A DNA stretch of 64,000 nucleotides from Takakia lepidozioides (GCA_030704615.1 CM060734.1:6324001-6388000); one strand, 5' to 3'; counted from the first letter of the stretch, positions 1-12,762 are shown. The notes: generated by a model from the letters alone, not told the origin. A program made the numbers and translations.

Positions 1-3000
1 TTGCTTTTGCCTTGGTTGAGCTTAGTGCTTTGCTTGTGGTCTTACTTTGCAAAGTTATAGTTTTCAGTAACAGATAAGATTATAGCCTATAGCAGCCACA
101 TGGCTTTACTATTTGCTGCTGCTTGCATGTCTTTTCATTTAGACTGTTTTGGTGGCTCAATTATCTATGGCCCTTCATGGTGGGAATGTGTGCCATTGAT
201 TCAAGCTGTTTATATAAAGCACATATATTTGATATTTATATATGGCCATCTTCATATCGCTGTTACACTTATGTGTGTTAAGGAACTGAATTTGAAGCTA
301 GGTTGTGATCTTGAGATGATCCTGCCCTAAGTTTGATGCTTGGTTTTGTAACACACTCTTGACTATGTAGACGAAGGTGAAGTCTAGAGGATGATGTTAC
401 GGCAGTGTAGAAATAACATAACACCCTCCGACCTCCTTGCTATTTGTGCTCCTGGCTTCTAGACCGAAACCCACCTTTTTTTCATTTGTACTTGGTCCAC
501 AACGGAGATAAAGCTCTTTTGCCATAGATCTTGTCGAGGACTGAAGGGGTGTAAGATGAAAGACTCGGATGTCAGAAAGATTGCAAAAGATTGCCTTTCA
601 TGACCTTCGATGTCAGCAGTCGTAACAAGAAATATCCATATCCAGCCCCGGGTTGCTTATAATATCGAGTTGAGACCACTTTTACTCTGGATATCCATGA
701 ATGCCTTCTGTGACCTGCCTCTGTGACCCTGTCAGAAATTCCTTTCTACTAGTAGCATTCCTTCACTCAAACTGTGAAGCTGCAGCCAGTCTTGGTAGTG
801 AGTGAGAGGGAGAACCCCAAAATAGAGTGCACCCTCTCCATGATGAGCTTAAGAGGGTTTATCCAGGAGAGCTTGTACTTGCTTATCGTCTAGATTGATG
901 GGTCTGTAGTCTGTACCATCTATCCAGAACCTGTTGCACGTATAGGAATCAGACTGGATTCCACAGAGATTTACCTCCGACTCTGACCACGAGTGTTCCT
1001 CAATGATCTGGGGATCCCCTTGATCAACCAGCTATTTTGGTTGGAAACTTTAACTTTAATTACTTGAGAGTCGTTGCTCGCCACACTGGGCACCTTGCAG
1101 ACGCTTGTCATTTCCTTCGGGTCTTACTCCCTTGTGGCAAAATTTATGATGAGATAACCTTTCCCTTCTCATGTTTGATGTGACGAACTTTCACCAGTAT
1201 GTGGTTTGCCAGATTTTCTGGCTCCTTAATTTCTCCATTTCATTGAAGTGTTTACAGGGCGATGTGGTATAAAGCCAGCGCTCTTTATACAGAAGACCGA
1301 TTGGTAAAGTCGTTGGTACTTAGTAGTTTGTACCTGTCAGTGGGGAGTGGCTTCAGCCCGGTTGTCCATTGCAAGGGAGGCTAGGAGTTGTCAGGGTTTT
1401 GAGTGGCTTATGCCTTGCTGCCACGTGGTAACACGGGACAGTGTATATGGGGATTGGATTTCTTTGTGTGCTATGCTTTAGTGTATTGGTGTGAGGGTGT
1501 ACTGGTGTTCAGATGTGGATGAAAGTGTGACAGGCTGATGATGGTGTGCTAGATACTGGTTAGGATGTCAGCTAGAAGGCCTTCGGCGCATATAAAAGAC
1601 CATGTCGCACATCTATGGCCAAACTTAAATAGAGGTTTAGCCATGCAGGTGGGATGGCTAAAATGAACCCCAACGAGATGACAGGCTTACTTGGCCGCGC
1701 TGCTCATCTATGGCTAAACTCAAATAGAGGGTTAGCCATGCATGTGGGATGGCTAAAATATACCCCAAGACCAGATGAAAAGCTTGATGGCTAGGCAGAA
1801 GCCCACTTTAAAGTGCTGGTTCTAAATTTTGAATATATCTATTGCAAAATGGGCGCAATGGAGGCTTCCCTGGAATTCAACTAACTACTAGCTGACTTAC
1901 ACAGCCAAGGGATGGACTAGGCTCCTATGGAAATACATGTGTCCAAGATGGTGGTTGAATTTTCTAGCGAGCTGCACTTTGGGGAGCACTAGGGCATGTG
2001 ATTAACTCTATTTCTAATTAATATAAAAATTTATCACACAAATGAGGGATGTATATATATATAGGAATAGCTATATTCATCTCTAATTCATCCAGTTAAA
2101 AAGACATTGATTAATGCAAATGATGTTTGTATAGGGAGTTGAACCCTTATACCTATCCCATATAACATACATACCTCTCGCAATACAACAAATTATCAGT
2201 ACAATATGGAATGAATGGTTATCCAACGTGGCAGTAGCATGGAATGCCTAGGAAATGTCATCAGAATGTTCTCCCAACAAGCAAAAAAAGCTAAAACTCT
2301 ACAACAAAACTGTAATTAATCCAGTTAACCCCTAAAGGACGAGAGGTGTTTTTGGGTTTTTGGACAATTCCGGGACCCATCCTCACACGTCAGCGGCTAC
2401 CTGCCCACCAACGTTCATCCACGTGGATGAACCGTACAAACTGCTTCCTACCTACCAGATGCACAAGCCCCCCAAATTTGGGGAAATTCCACCGTGGAGT
2501 TTGGGAGATTATAACATTTGAAGACGGTGCATTTTTTGGAAAATGGAAAAAACAAAGCAAAAGTTCGTGTTTGACCAAGCAAATTATCCATGATCCCAAT
2601 TTTTCCTGGGAGAAAAAGTGCTATATTCCAGTGAAGTGCACAATCCCAAACCCTCACACCAAATTTCACCCCAATCTGCCAAAATGAAGGGGAGGGTGCT
2701 TTGTATGTGACTGGAATGGGGGTCCAAAAAGAGAATTTGCAAAGGAAATGGTATAGGCCCCATTGGGACCCCAAATTCTCCTTCAATTGGGAATTCCAAC
2801 GGTCAGTCCCTCACAGGCCAAGAACTACACAAGCCTGCCCAAGAATTTCCCCAAAATTCTCTAAATTGCATTTGGGATGTGGGATTTTGTGAAATTTCCG
2901 GCCTCCTCCAGGTCAGGCAATCGGTGGTCGGAATTTCGCCTGAATCCGGCGACGTTTTCCGGGCCACGTCGAGGTTTCCCATTATGTGCCAGGGCCAGCT

Positions 3001-3223
3001 CATTCGAGCCGTCCCAGTGTTCCTCGGCGTTTTGGGGAGGGCCTCACAAGCACCCAACTCCAACTGTCGGGTTCCTTCTTCGTGGACTCGTCAACTACCA
3101 CCAGACACAGTGAACTCAGCAAACATGGGACAAGCACGACAAGCAAGCTTACACACTGAACTGAGGGGGAGTCGAACCCCCTGATCTGCCCTCATATGCA
3201 GACAGTCCCCCCTCCCACCCCTA

Positions 3224-3347
3224 CACACACACACACACACACACCCACCCACCCACTCTATCCGCCATGTCCTAAGGCCAGCATAGCAGCATCAAACACC
3301 TGCAGATGCGGTTCCCACCTACACACACACACACACACACACACACA
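3224..3347. repeat. Two (CA)n microsatellites
   Basis: CA runs at ~3224-3245 and ~3321-3347. Confidence 0.9.
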
Positions 3348-3356
3348 GCCACATGT

Positions 3357-4465
3357 TCATCGACCCCGGAGTTGATGTGCCTCACGCCAACAAGTGCCAA
3401 GACACAGGAATGCATCCTCGCATAGGGAACAGAAGTAGTGGGTACGCAGCCCACAGCGGATGCACGCACGACGAAGCGAGCTGTGCAAAGAGGAATGCCA
3501 GCGGAAAGGCTCTGTCGCCAATACGGACGCACGAACCGGTCGCACAGGCAACCTGCCAGGAGCTGTAAGGGCGTGTGCCAAGGCCAGCGAGAACTCCAGA
3601 TGGGTCAGGGGACGCAACCCCCTCGCTCGCATGTGATAGACATGCAAGATGTAAGAATTCACAATCGTGGTGTCCACAAGGAAAAAAAACACTCTATGCC
3701 ACCATTTATGAGTCTTCAGCTGCATGTTATATGCAGCTCGCATCTGGTCTTGTATATCTACACCATGCATGTAAGTTTGGTATTGAACATGCATTGGAAC
3801 AGGAGGCACCTGCACCCTGACATTCCCCACAAACCTTCGCACCGTCACAGGTGAATTCGGGCCAGATGCTGGCCGAGATGCGGATGACACCATGAACACG
3901 CCTTTCTTATCCCACCACAAACAAGCAGCAACTTGTCGGCTGCGGTGCATACGCCACCATGTGTCCCCTTGTTTGGCAGTCTTGGACTTGGACCAGCGTG
4001 TCAAGGAAGGGGGCAATCCCTTTCTATTGACCCTGACAATGCCAGTGGCCCATGTCCCAAGCAAAGCCATGTCATACAGCAACCTTGGTGATGTGAAGTA
4101 ATTGTTAGTCACCATCACATGGCCGAGTCCATGCAATGGAGATACTAGCCTCCAAACCACATCACATCCTTCACCTTTGCCAAACTTCTTCCTGATGCCC
4201 TCGGGGCCCCCATTCTTGCCACAGTAGACATCAAAATCATACATATAGCTACTGACTGCATCTGCAAGGGCCCACACTTTGATGCCCCACTTGCATGGCT
4301 TTTTAGGCATATACTGTCGTATAGCACAATACTTACCCTTGTACCTTATCATAATCTCGTCAACTGTCAGCAATTTGTGCAGGTTCCAATGCCGTTTGCA
4401 GGTACTGGCAATGTCTTCACAGGCCCATCTCACTTTCCCAATTTTGTCAAACGCAGGATTGCTAC
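3357..4465 (-). pseudogene. piggyBac (PGBD) DDD transposase, C-terminal part
   Basis: Motifs LTVDEIMIRYKGK, YMPKKPCKWGIKVW, VTNNYFTS (canonical DNYFTS, so the second catalytic Asp is Asn) and MHGVDIQDQ. C-terminal Cys-rich domain CIRC..CSLC..CLGTCWREAH. Confidence 0.92.
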
Positions 4466-5189
4466 TGTCGCGCACCTCACTTCGGTAAGCTCCCCTTCAC
4501 GTCATAGTTACTCGCTTTGATGTGCGCGCCTAACTCCCAAACTGGCCGCCAGGCCAACTCGGAGCTTCGGCTGCTCACCGGGACATAACGGTCCCATTTT
4601 GCTCCTCCACAAGACCCTCGCTCACTTTGGGCCTAGTGGAAATTCCCTTTGGTTGTTGGCAGTCCGGAACAGCTCCCCACACCTTGGTCGTTTTCCGGCT
4701 CGCACGCTTACTCACTAGTTTTTGGTCACCAACGGGCTTGCACCGTTCTCGGGGTTACTGCTCCCTATATATACTTCTGTGACTGTCCGCGGGGATTTCA
4801 CAAACAACACCGTCCTTTTATGGCGAACCACCACGAAGACCCTTGACTCCCGGTGATGAGTCGCGGTGAGTCTTGGCCCACCCACCACAACCCCAATGGA
4901 CCGTGATGAGTCCCAAGACTCCCCACGACTCCCACCACAAGGTCTCCGCCCATGGTGAGTCCTATATCACCCCCACTAAGACCCACTAAGCTACCACCAC
5001 CCCTCGTGGAACCACCCCCACCGCAACCCGGTGTGCGGGGCTCCACCTAGTGAGCGCCTCCGCCTCCTTGAGTGCCTTGGGCACTCAATGGTGCTTCAGC
5101 CCCCGTACCTATTGTTGCCACTGCCCCCACCATAGGGGCAGCCCCTCTTGTGTCCCGACCCCCTGCCCTCAAGGCAAAGGGCCGCGACA
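4466..5189 (-). mobile_element. Solo LTR (~724 bp) of the chromovirus family
   Basis: TGTCGCG...CGCGACA termini; flanks GCTAC/ACTAC form a 5-bp TSD with one mismatch. Homologous to the LTRs at 17184, 45318 and 50817. Confidence 0.93.
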
Positions 5190-5475
5190 ACTACGATCAG
5201 ACACTAGCGTCGAGTTATCCACCAAATGCAAGCAACGCAAGATTGCTTCATAACGATCTCTTGTCATGACCTTCCTGATGACAGGGCATGCAAAGAATAC
5301 CTCACTCTACTGCCAGTAGCAGCGGCTGTTTGGCAGCCTCTTTATCCCCATGAACAAACACACACCAAGCCAGGCGAGTAGCTCTGGCATAAACAATGGC
5401 CTCCAAGAAGCACCTCTACCCCGTGGTGTCTCCTTAGCAAATCCTACCATGACCACTTGTTCCTCCACCATGTTG
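5190..5475 (-). pseudogene. piggyBac transposase, N-terminal part upstream of the solo LTR
   Basis: My translation WLGVCLFMGIKRLPNSRCYWQ*SEVFFACPVIRKVMTRDRYEAILRCLHLVDN matches the piggyBac N-terminal MG..LP...YW...M.R.RF..I.R.LH..DN pattern. One internal stop. Confidence 0.8.
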
Positions 5476-5482
5476 AGCTCTG

Positions 5483-5872
5483 ACCCCCTGGAGGTCGCTT
5501 CTGGGGAATTAGAAGTTTTAGAGCCGGATATTGCTAGCTGGTAGTGTGGGCACCCATTTCCCGTCGCTTTCTAGAAGCGACCCCCTGGAGGTCGCTTCTG
5601 GGGACTTGGTAGTTTTAGAGCCCGGATTGGGCCTAGTGTGGGCACCCATTTCCCGTCCTTTTCTATATGCGACCCCCTGGAGGTCGCTTCTAGGGACTTA
5701 GTAGTTTTAGAGCCGGATGCTAGCTAGTGTGGGCACCCATTTCCCGTCCCTTTCTATATGCCCATGGAGGTCGCTTTCTGGGACTTGGTGGTTTTAGTAC
5801 TGCCGGATGTTATGGGCACCCATTTCCCGTCGCATGGTACCTGCGACCCCCAGGTGGTCGCTTCCTAGGGGT
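5483..5872. repeat. CACTA left-arm tandem repeats (~90-100 bp units)
   Basis: About four units containing GACCCCCTGGAGGTCGCTTC...GGGCACCCATTTCCCGTC. Confidence 0.85.
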
Positions 5873-5968
5873 TGGAGATTTTTGAAAGCATGATGTCATG
5901 TTTCATAGAATTCATATATCAGTTGGATGTGCAATTTCAATAGTGAGGTTTTTGGATTTTTTATATAG

Positions 5969-6385
5969 GTGATGGTACGCTCACGGGCTCGGCCAATCAC
6001 GGAGGATGATTATCGAAATGTAGTTCCACCCGACGAGAACACCTCCAACAATGATGTCTGCATGCTTGATGTACTTCCACCTCTTTCAAGTCGCCGTCGA
6101 CGTAGGGATGAGCGGTTGGCAGACGTACCTGGAGAGCCTCACGTGATTCATGCACAAGGCCTCGAGCATCCCGTTCCACGTCCCAGCTTGCCACCTCAAG
6201 GTCCTAGGCCTCTTAGTCTAGAGCCACGAGGCCCTGATCGAGCCACTTTGGACAAACCCCCTCGGGTGGAGTGTTGGTGCGAGCGGTGTTGGGCACGAGT
6301 GGCACCTGGAGGTGTTCCCGTGATGCGGCAGGATCATATTGTGGATGAACACTATCAGACATGGGGGATTGCGGATGCGGCCAGG
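5969..6385 (+). CDS. Putative first coding exon of the CACTA element, with a Zn-binding transposase-associated-like motif
   Basis: Preceded by TTTTATATAG; encodes ECWCERC...VDEHYQTWG (CxCxxC...V..H...G). Ends with a phase-0 donor AGG|GTGAG at 6385/6386. Confidence 0.6.
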
Positions 6386-6563
6386 GTGAGCCTTCTATAA
6401 CCATTGTTGTAACATTTTTTGTGCTAGGACATAAGGACGTACGTTTGTTGTAAGTACTCGGATGTTTAAAAATGACTTGTAATTGATACTGTAATGGAAG
6501 TTACTGTGGTTAAATATATGAGTAAACAACAAACTAATTATATGAATTATATATTACGTGCAG

Positions 6564-7893
6564 CCACGAGTCGTTGCCCTCCAAGCGCGCAAAAACAGTA
6601 CATCACAGATACGTGATGAGTTGGAGGTGGACCATCCATTGCCGGATGTCACTTTGTTTTTCCCTCAGGTTGACATAGATAGGGTCCATGAGACGAGGGG
6701 CCTACCCTACGCCCTTCGATTATTTGGTCGCCGAGCGCGCAGCCGGCCACCGCTCAGTACGCTCTAGTTGTATTAGTCCAGCTCCACCTCCTCCACCTTC
6801 TGATCCTCATCCATCTGTATCTCCTCCTCGTCCAGTTTCCACTAGTACACCGGCCCATGTAGAGTCACCTGCACCACCTCCACTTTGCATCACTCCACCG
6901 ATCCATGAGTCGCCTCTACCACATCCACTTTGCACTAGTACTGCACCAGCCCATGGGTCACCTCTATCACATCCAGTTTGCACTAGTACAACAGCCCACA
7001 AGTCACATCTACTTTCGAGTCCACCCCGTGCACAATCACCTCCCAGCTGCTCACCTGATCAGTCACATATCACTCCACCTCCTAGTTCACATCACCAGTC
7101 ACCCCAACATATTCGGACAGCTGCCCCTTCCCAATCCCAGGCCCCCATAGGTGTCTCACGTGCATGTCCCACCCGGACCCCTAGGAAGTGTAGGCCACCA
7201 CCGGTACTTGAGGTACGACGGCCCGATGATCCTAGGGTTATTGACAAGGAGTATAGGATGATGTTCCAGACACCATTCAGGCCTAGCCTTTGGCGTGCAC
7301 TAGTGCCTCCGGTCCCCATTCCTCAAAGCCAACCATTTCAGTTTTGGGGGTCGGCGATATTGTGTGAAAGCCGCCACCAACCCTTCCATGGGTCGTGGGC
7401 TATTTGCAATTGAGGATATTGTGGTTCCTCCAGGGAGAGGGCAGACAGTGGACTTATTTCCCTATTTTGGCCCATACTACATGTGGTTCCACTGGACGCA
7501 AATGCGACGGGTAGCCCCTTGGGTGAGACCTTATGGTCTTTGTGCAATGACCTTGATGTCTTCAATCGGGTGTTGGACCCTGGAACAAGGGTCATATGTG
7601 ACGGAGATCCCGATGTGTTCGGGAATGTTGCAGGGTTCATCAATAGTTCAATTGGTAACCCTAAAATGACCAATGTACTGTGGGATGAGCGACATGATGG
7701 GGATGTTAGGCTAGCACAATCGATATCAAATTTTGTTATGACATGTGCATGTACTACGATTCCCGCCGGTTCAGAGTTGTTCGCCTCTTATGAGTTCTCT
7801 GATAAGGCTTGGGATGAGAGAGTCCATCGGGAGTGGAGGGAGATTGACAAACGTTACAAACGTCACTCCCACGGCCGCCGAGGAAACTTGTAG
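6564..7893 (+). pseudogene. Pro/Ser/His-rich linker plus SET-domain protein (frameshifted)
   Basis: Acceptor GTGCAG|6564. SET motifs appear in order across about three frameshifts: MGRGLFAIEDI, FPYFGPY, DGDP..GNVAGFINSS, IPAGSELFASYEF. Confidence 0.75.
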
Positions 7894-8069
7894 TAGGGGA
7901 TGGTGATTAGTCATGTACACATATTGTGGCCCCTATTGTGGCACTGGTAGGGATTGGTGATTGGGGTTTAGGTTTTAGGCTGAATGTGCCAATGTACATA
8001 TATTTTTTGGATGCAAATGGAGCAATTCCCAACCATTGTATATTAAATGAATTGTGAATGTATTTATAG

Positions 8070-9206
8070 ATCCAAGGACAAGAGCAAATGAGGTCAGCGA
8101 ACCCTCCAAGGGGCACGCAGGCCGAGGTGCACAACAATACTGGTATTGGCCGCGGAGAACAAGGCCCAGACGACCATATTGCCGAAGACGCTGACGAGGT
8201 GGAAAATGAACACAATATGGACACTGACGATGTGAGAGCCATGGAGGATTTGTTAATGAACCACTTGGGGGAGGGACAACAAATTGGGGAGGCTATGGCT
8301 CGCCCGGCCACATTGGATGAAGATGCCGACCCAAATCCAATGGAAGCCGAGGCAGAAACACCCTTGTATAAAGGAGCAAAAGTGAGTCGACTTTCCACTA
8401 TACTGTTGTTGCTTAATTTGCAATCCCGGTGGCATAAGCAACATTGGCATGTCCGCAATCATGCGCACAATTGCGGACCACATCCTCGCCCCCCATTTGG
8501 AGCATAAAATGCCACGTTCTCGAAAAGAGGCAAGACGGGTTCTAGACACAGTGGGGATGGGCTACAAATTTTTCCATGCATGTCCTTGTGATCGTACCTT
8601 GTACTATGGAGAGCATGCGCATGCTACCACGTGTCCCAAGTGCAAAAAATCTAGATACCGAGATGATGTTCAAGGAAAGAAGATCCCACGAAAGGTACAT
8701 TTCTCTTATTTTCTCTTTCCTGCCATTTATATTTATATACATATATACATGTGTCCACCAACTAATATATCATTTTAGGGTGTAGGGTTTAAGAGGTTGT
8801 ATCATTCCGATATTATTAGGGTATGCATATAGGTTATATGAATCCTTCAACTAATGTAGACTTTACAAAATATCTACATACAAACCTTTGCAAATATATA
8901 CCCCTCTCTTACGTACAATATGTGGATCCAAATGACAGAAAGTAAATATTGATATATTTGTTGTGTTTGTGGGGGAGGTTAGAAAATGCATTATTTTCCA
9001 GTCATCCTGCGCTTGAAAGCACAATTTCGGAGTCCATCATTTGCCCAACTCATGAAGTGGCATGCGGAGCATCGGAGCCCTCCCGGAAAGTGTGCGGCCC
9101 TCACAATTCGCCGGCATGGAAACACACCGAGGAACAATGGCCTTTTTTTAAGGACGATCCAAGACATGTTCGACTCGGCTTCTCCGCGGATGGTGTAAAC
9201 CCACAT
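8070..9206 (+). pseudogene. CACTA TnpD-type transposase, N-terminal exons
   Basis: ETPLYKGAKVSRLSTILLLLNL; HACPCDRTLY...CPKCKKSRY; intron 8695-8982 (GT..AG, phase 0); MHYFPVILRL; SPAWKH...DPRHVRLGFSADGVNP (start of Transposase_21). Confidence 0.9.
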
Positions 9207-9303
9207 TTAGCTCTTGGGTATAGCGATTATCCCAATACGCTTCATCTCCATAAGCCAACACATGTTTCGGGGCTTTTGCTCCCCCTTTGGATTTTTTTGC
9301 CAT
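9207..9303 (-). pseudogene. Captured N-terminal fragment of a SAM-dependent methyltransferase (EEF1AKMT4/METTL13-like)
   Basis: MAKKSKGGAKAPKHVLAYGDEAYWDNRYTQE contains the YG...YWD.RY motif typical of the N-terminus of this family. Confidence 0.65.
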
Positions 9304-9481
9304 GCTCGCCAATGATGCAATCACCTTTGTGTCCAAATCCAAACAAACATAAATTTTTAATTTTCCAAAAAAATTGTCTAATCACATTTTGGGTTGACGT
9401 GATTTATATTGTTCATCTAGTTTTACAGCTCCATGATTATTTATCTAACCTACATCAGTCCAATGAAAGCGCCAACTTCCA

Positions 9482-10423
9482 TGGAGAGAAATGATTGTCA
9501 TTTGTACAGCATATACAATTTCTACAAGATAGTGAGAACCTAACATAGATAGTTACACAAGGATTGCAAAAATTCATAATACATACAACAAATATAGTAG
9601 AGATGCATGTTGTTTTTTCATCTTTGAGTTCTATGGGGATTTGATAGAAAAAATACATCCGTTCACTCCTCAATTCAACGAATAATATTGAACTGGTTGA
9701 AAAACACACTCACAATCATTTGTGGTGCTCAAGAATGAATGTATTCAATAATAGATTTATTAAAATATTACAATCTAATTATTTAAACTCAATGATTACA
9801 TATAGTTCATCTCGATTATGAGAAGAGACAACACAATGACATCTATCTCAATAAAAGGCTTCTGAAAATATCATGAAAAACTCTGACAAATACTCATAGA
9901 ACTTCTTCATCTATTATAATCTAAGATTAAAGAATCAAACTATTAAGCTCTTATACCTATAAAGAACTTGGAGAGAAACGATTATCATCTGTACATCATA
10001 TACAATTTCTACAAGATAGTGGAAACCTAGCATAGACAGTTATGCAAGGATTGCAAAAATTCCAAATACATACAACAAATATGATAGAGAGGCATATTGT
10101 TTTCATCTTTGAGTTTTATGGGGATTTGATTAAAAAAAACATCCATTCACTCCTCAATTCAATGAATAATATTGAATGTCCTTTCCTAATGATCTATTGG
10201 TTGAAAACACACACACACAATCATTTGTGGTGCTCAAGATTGAATGGTTTCAATAATAAATTGATTAAAAATATTACAATATAATTATTTAAACTCAATA
10301 AATAGATATAATTCATCTCAATTACGAGAAGAGACGACACTCCAACAAATACTTGGAGAACTTCATCTCTTATAGTCTAAGATTAAAGAATCAAACTATT
10401 GAACTCTGATACCTATAAGGAAA
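9482..10423. repeat. Diverged AT-rich tandem duplication (two units of ~460-490 bp)
   Basis: Units start TGGAGAGAAA(T/C)GATT at ~9482 and ~9969 and share many co-linear blocks, e.g. CACAATCATTTGTGGTGCTCAAGA and TCTAAGATTAAAGAATCAAACTATT. Confidence 0.85.
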
Positions 10424-10874
10424 TCAGACTTGTCTCGATGGAGTTCTGAAAAGACATATCCGGTACAGATGGTAAAGGTATGTCACTTGCTTTGAGAAAA
10501 CAAAATATTCTTTGTAGATGTCCATGTCGACACCTCGGTGGGCCATGTTAAAGATCTCAAAAATAAGTTTGAGGCACTCACCATTCGAAAAGCACGGATT
10601 ACTACTAGTGCCATTCACAACGGTCAATTTGCGATGCTATTCTCGTGTTGTTTCTCTTTGACCTATCTCACCTCTTCCTTTAAAACCTCTACATCCTTAT
10701 GTCGTTTTTTTAACGTCCTCTCTCACCTCTACATCCTCGTGTCATTTTCTTTAACCTCTCTCACCTCCTCCATTCAAAACCTCTACAAAGTTTTTGAGGT
10801 CCTTGATGGTCGCCATAAAGCTTGTTAGTTGACCATACATATTTCATTGAATATCATGACATATTCATATGAAA

Positions 10875-11004
10875 TTGCACCGAGTTCAGGGTTTATGACA
10901 AATTATATGGAAATTTCATGATGCGCAGGATATGAAAATATTGCACCGAGTTCAGGGTTTATGACAAATTATATGGAAATTTCATGATGCGCAGGATATG
11001 AAAA
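10875..11004 (+). repeat. 66-bp tandem duplication spanning a splice acceptor
   Basis: TTGCACCGAG...GCGCAGGATATGAAAAT starts at 10875 and again at 10941. Confidence 0.9.
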
Positions 11005-12762
11005 TCCGGCACCTCCTTGATCCCATGCATATTGAGAAGAATGTGTGCTCATCACTTATTCGTGTACTGGCAAACTTAACCCGGGGGAAGAAGAAACGCG
11101 GCGGTGATTCCCTTGGTGTGAGGCGAGAGCTCCAAGCCCAAAACCGTATGCCACGACTATGGCCCGAAGCTAACGGTGTGGAGGTGAACAATGCTCCCAA
11201 GTGGAAGTATAGGGCGCCAACTTGGACTTGGACTTGGACAAAGGAGGAATACAAGCAAGTGCGGACCACAATACGAGCTATCCGGACCCCGACCGGGTAT
11301 GACGCATCTCTACGCAACAAATTTGAGGATGCCACCACTATCCATGGTTTGAAGTCTCATGACTACCACAATATTTTGCAAGATATCCTTCCCATTGCAA
11401 TACGAGGGACACTCCATGAGGGCATTCGAAAAGCCGTCTATCGACTTGCTGATTTATTCCGTTGGATTTGCACAAAAGAGATGGACGAGGCGGATTTTCC
11501 ATGAATGAAGGAGGAGGCGGACACGGTCTTGTGTATGTTGGAGATGCATCTTCCCCCTAATTTCTTTGACATCCAAGTGCATTTGGTAGTGCACTTGGTG
11601 GAAGAGGCGGAGATTGCCGGACCGGTCCATGCTCGGTGGATGTACTTTCTAGAGCGTTATATGAAGGAGGTCAAGGCACACGTGCCGCAAAAGGCACATC
11701 CCGAGGGTAGCATGGCGGAGGGGTACACATTGCAAGAGGATGCAGCCATTGAGACCATTTCGCCATTGGCTCCGGAGTGGAGTTGAGGCTGCAATGGCCG
11801 CGGGCGAGGTGGTGTCGTCTTTAGTGCAAGAGCTTGCGAGAGGGCCATCTCAATATGCCATTTCATTCTCCTCAATTTGGATTCATGGTCGTCATTTTCG
11901 CATCCGTTCTCTTGACATGCGTCGGAAGACCACATCTGATTCCGGTTTGTGTGCAACATATTGGCAAGACTCCGTGTCAAGCACAAGGGACATTCGACCC
12001 GAGAGAAGCAAGCTTGAATATATTGGGGAGCTTGATGCCATTTTGCAACTCGAGTATGATCACCATCGCCCTATTCTTTTCAAGGGGAGGTGGTTCCAAC
12101 CCCACATTGCAGGCCCAAATGCAACCCTCTTGCCTGACGAGTGTGGCTTCATGCGGGTCAACACTTCCAGGATCACGCCCTCTACACACAAGTCCAATGA
12201 ACCATTTGCATGGCCGAAGGACATTGAACAAGTCTTTTTTTCCGAAGACAACACTAGATCGGGCAATTGGAAGGTGGTTGTACATGCTAGGCCAAGAGGG
12301 AGACGCATTTACCATGGCGAGGGATCAAACCGTTGGGGTGGTGATGAGGCCGAAGTGGCCGAAGCAACCGAGGTGAACAAGGTGGCCGATGCGGATGCGA
12401 ATGCGGGAGATGATGCTTCGTGGATAGAGGCAATTGAAGACACTGCCTTGAACAATGTTGGAGGAGATCAAGTGGTTGATGCGAATATTGCGCCGGAGGA
12501 GGAGGAGGAGGACGAAGACGAGGATGACAATGAGGATAATGACGAGGATGACGATGACGATGTACAAGAAGAGGAAGATCCTATTGTGCCACCTCCTATT
12601 GACCCTCCGGTCGTGCAAGAGCCATATGAATATATGGATGATGATTCAGCTTCTGATCATGACTCTCTTGAGAATGGTCAATATAGTGACTTCGATGAGG
12701 ACAATAGACAGGAGTTAGAGCTTGATGAGGAAGATGATGTCCCTCCCGATGACATGATGTAG
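10995..12762 (+). pseudogene. CACTA transposase C-terminal exon (DUF4218/DUF4216-like) with acidic tail
   Basis: RHLLDPMHIEKNV, GLKSHDYH, PPNFFDIQVHLVVHLVEEAEIAGPVHARWMY, YIGELDAILQLEY...LFKGRWF, EPFAWPKDIEQVFF. Frameshifts near 11504 and 11740. Confidence 0.92.

Larger units (their letters stand above)
2329..5480 (-). mobile_element. piggyBac-family DNA transposon, 5'-truncated, interrupted by a solo LTR
   Basis: TTAA at 2325-2328 is followed directly by CCCCTAAAGG, the TTAA|CCC piggyBac terminus. The transposase lies on the minus strand. I found no second terminus; the sequence switches to CACTA-type repeats at ~5483. Confidence 0.8.

Noticed and set aside
640-1130. Possible LINE ORF1 remnant (..HTGHLADAC.., a partial Zn knuckle near 1080-1110)
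   Set aside because: Only half a motif, no sustained frame, and no adjacent endonuclease or RT.
1609-1792. Two ~96-bp diverged units with internal TGGCTAAA/TTTAGCCA inverted motifs
   Set aside because: Real, but I found no termini or TSD, so it cannot be assigned; likely a MITE remnant.
5483-5872. CRISPR-like appearance of the palindromic repeat units (also 13760-16165 and 37372-37600)
   Set aside because: The spacers are themselves repeated, there are no cas genes and the context is eukaryotic. Explained as CACTA subterminal repeats and an LTR minisatellite.
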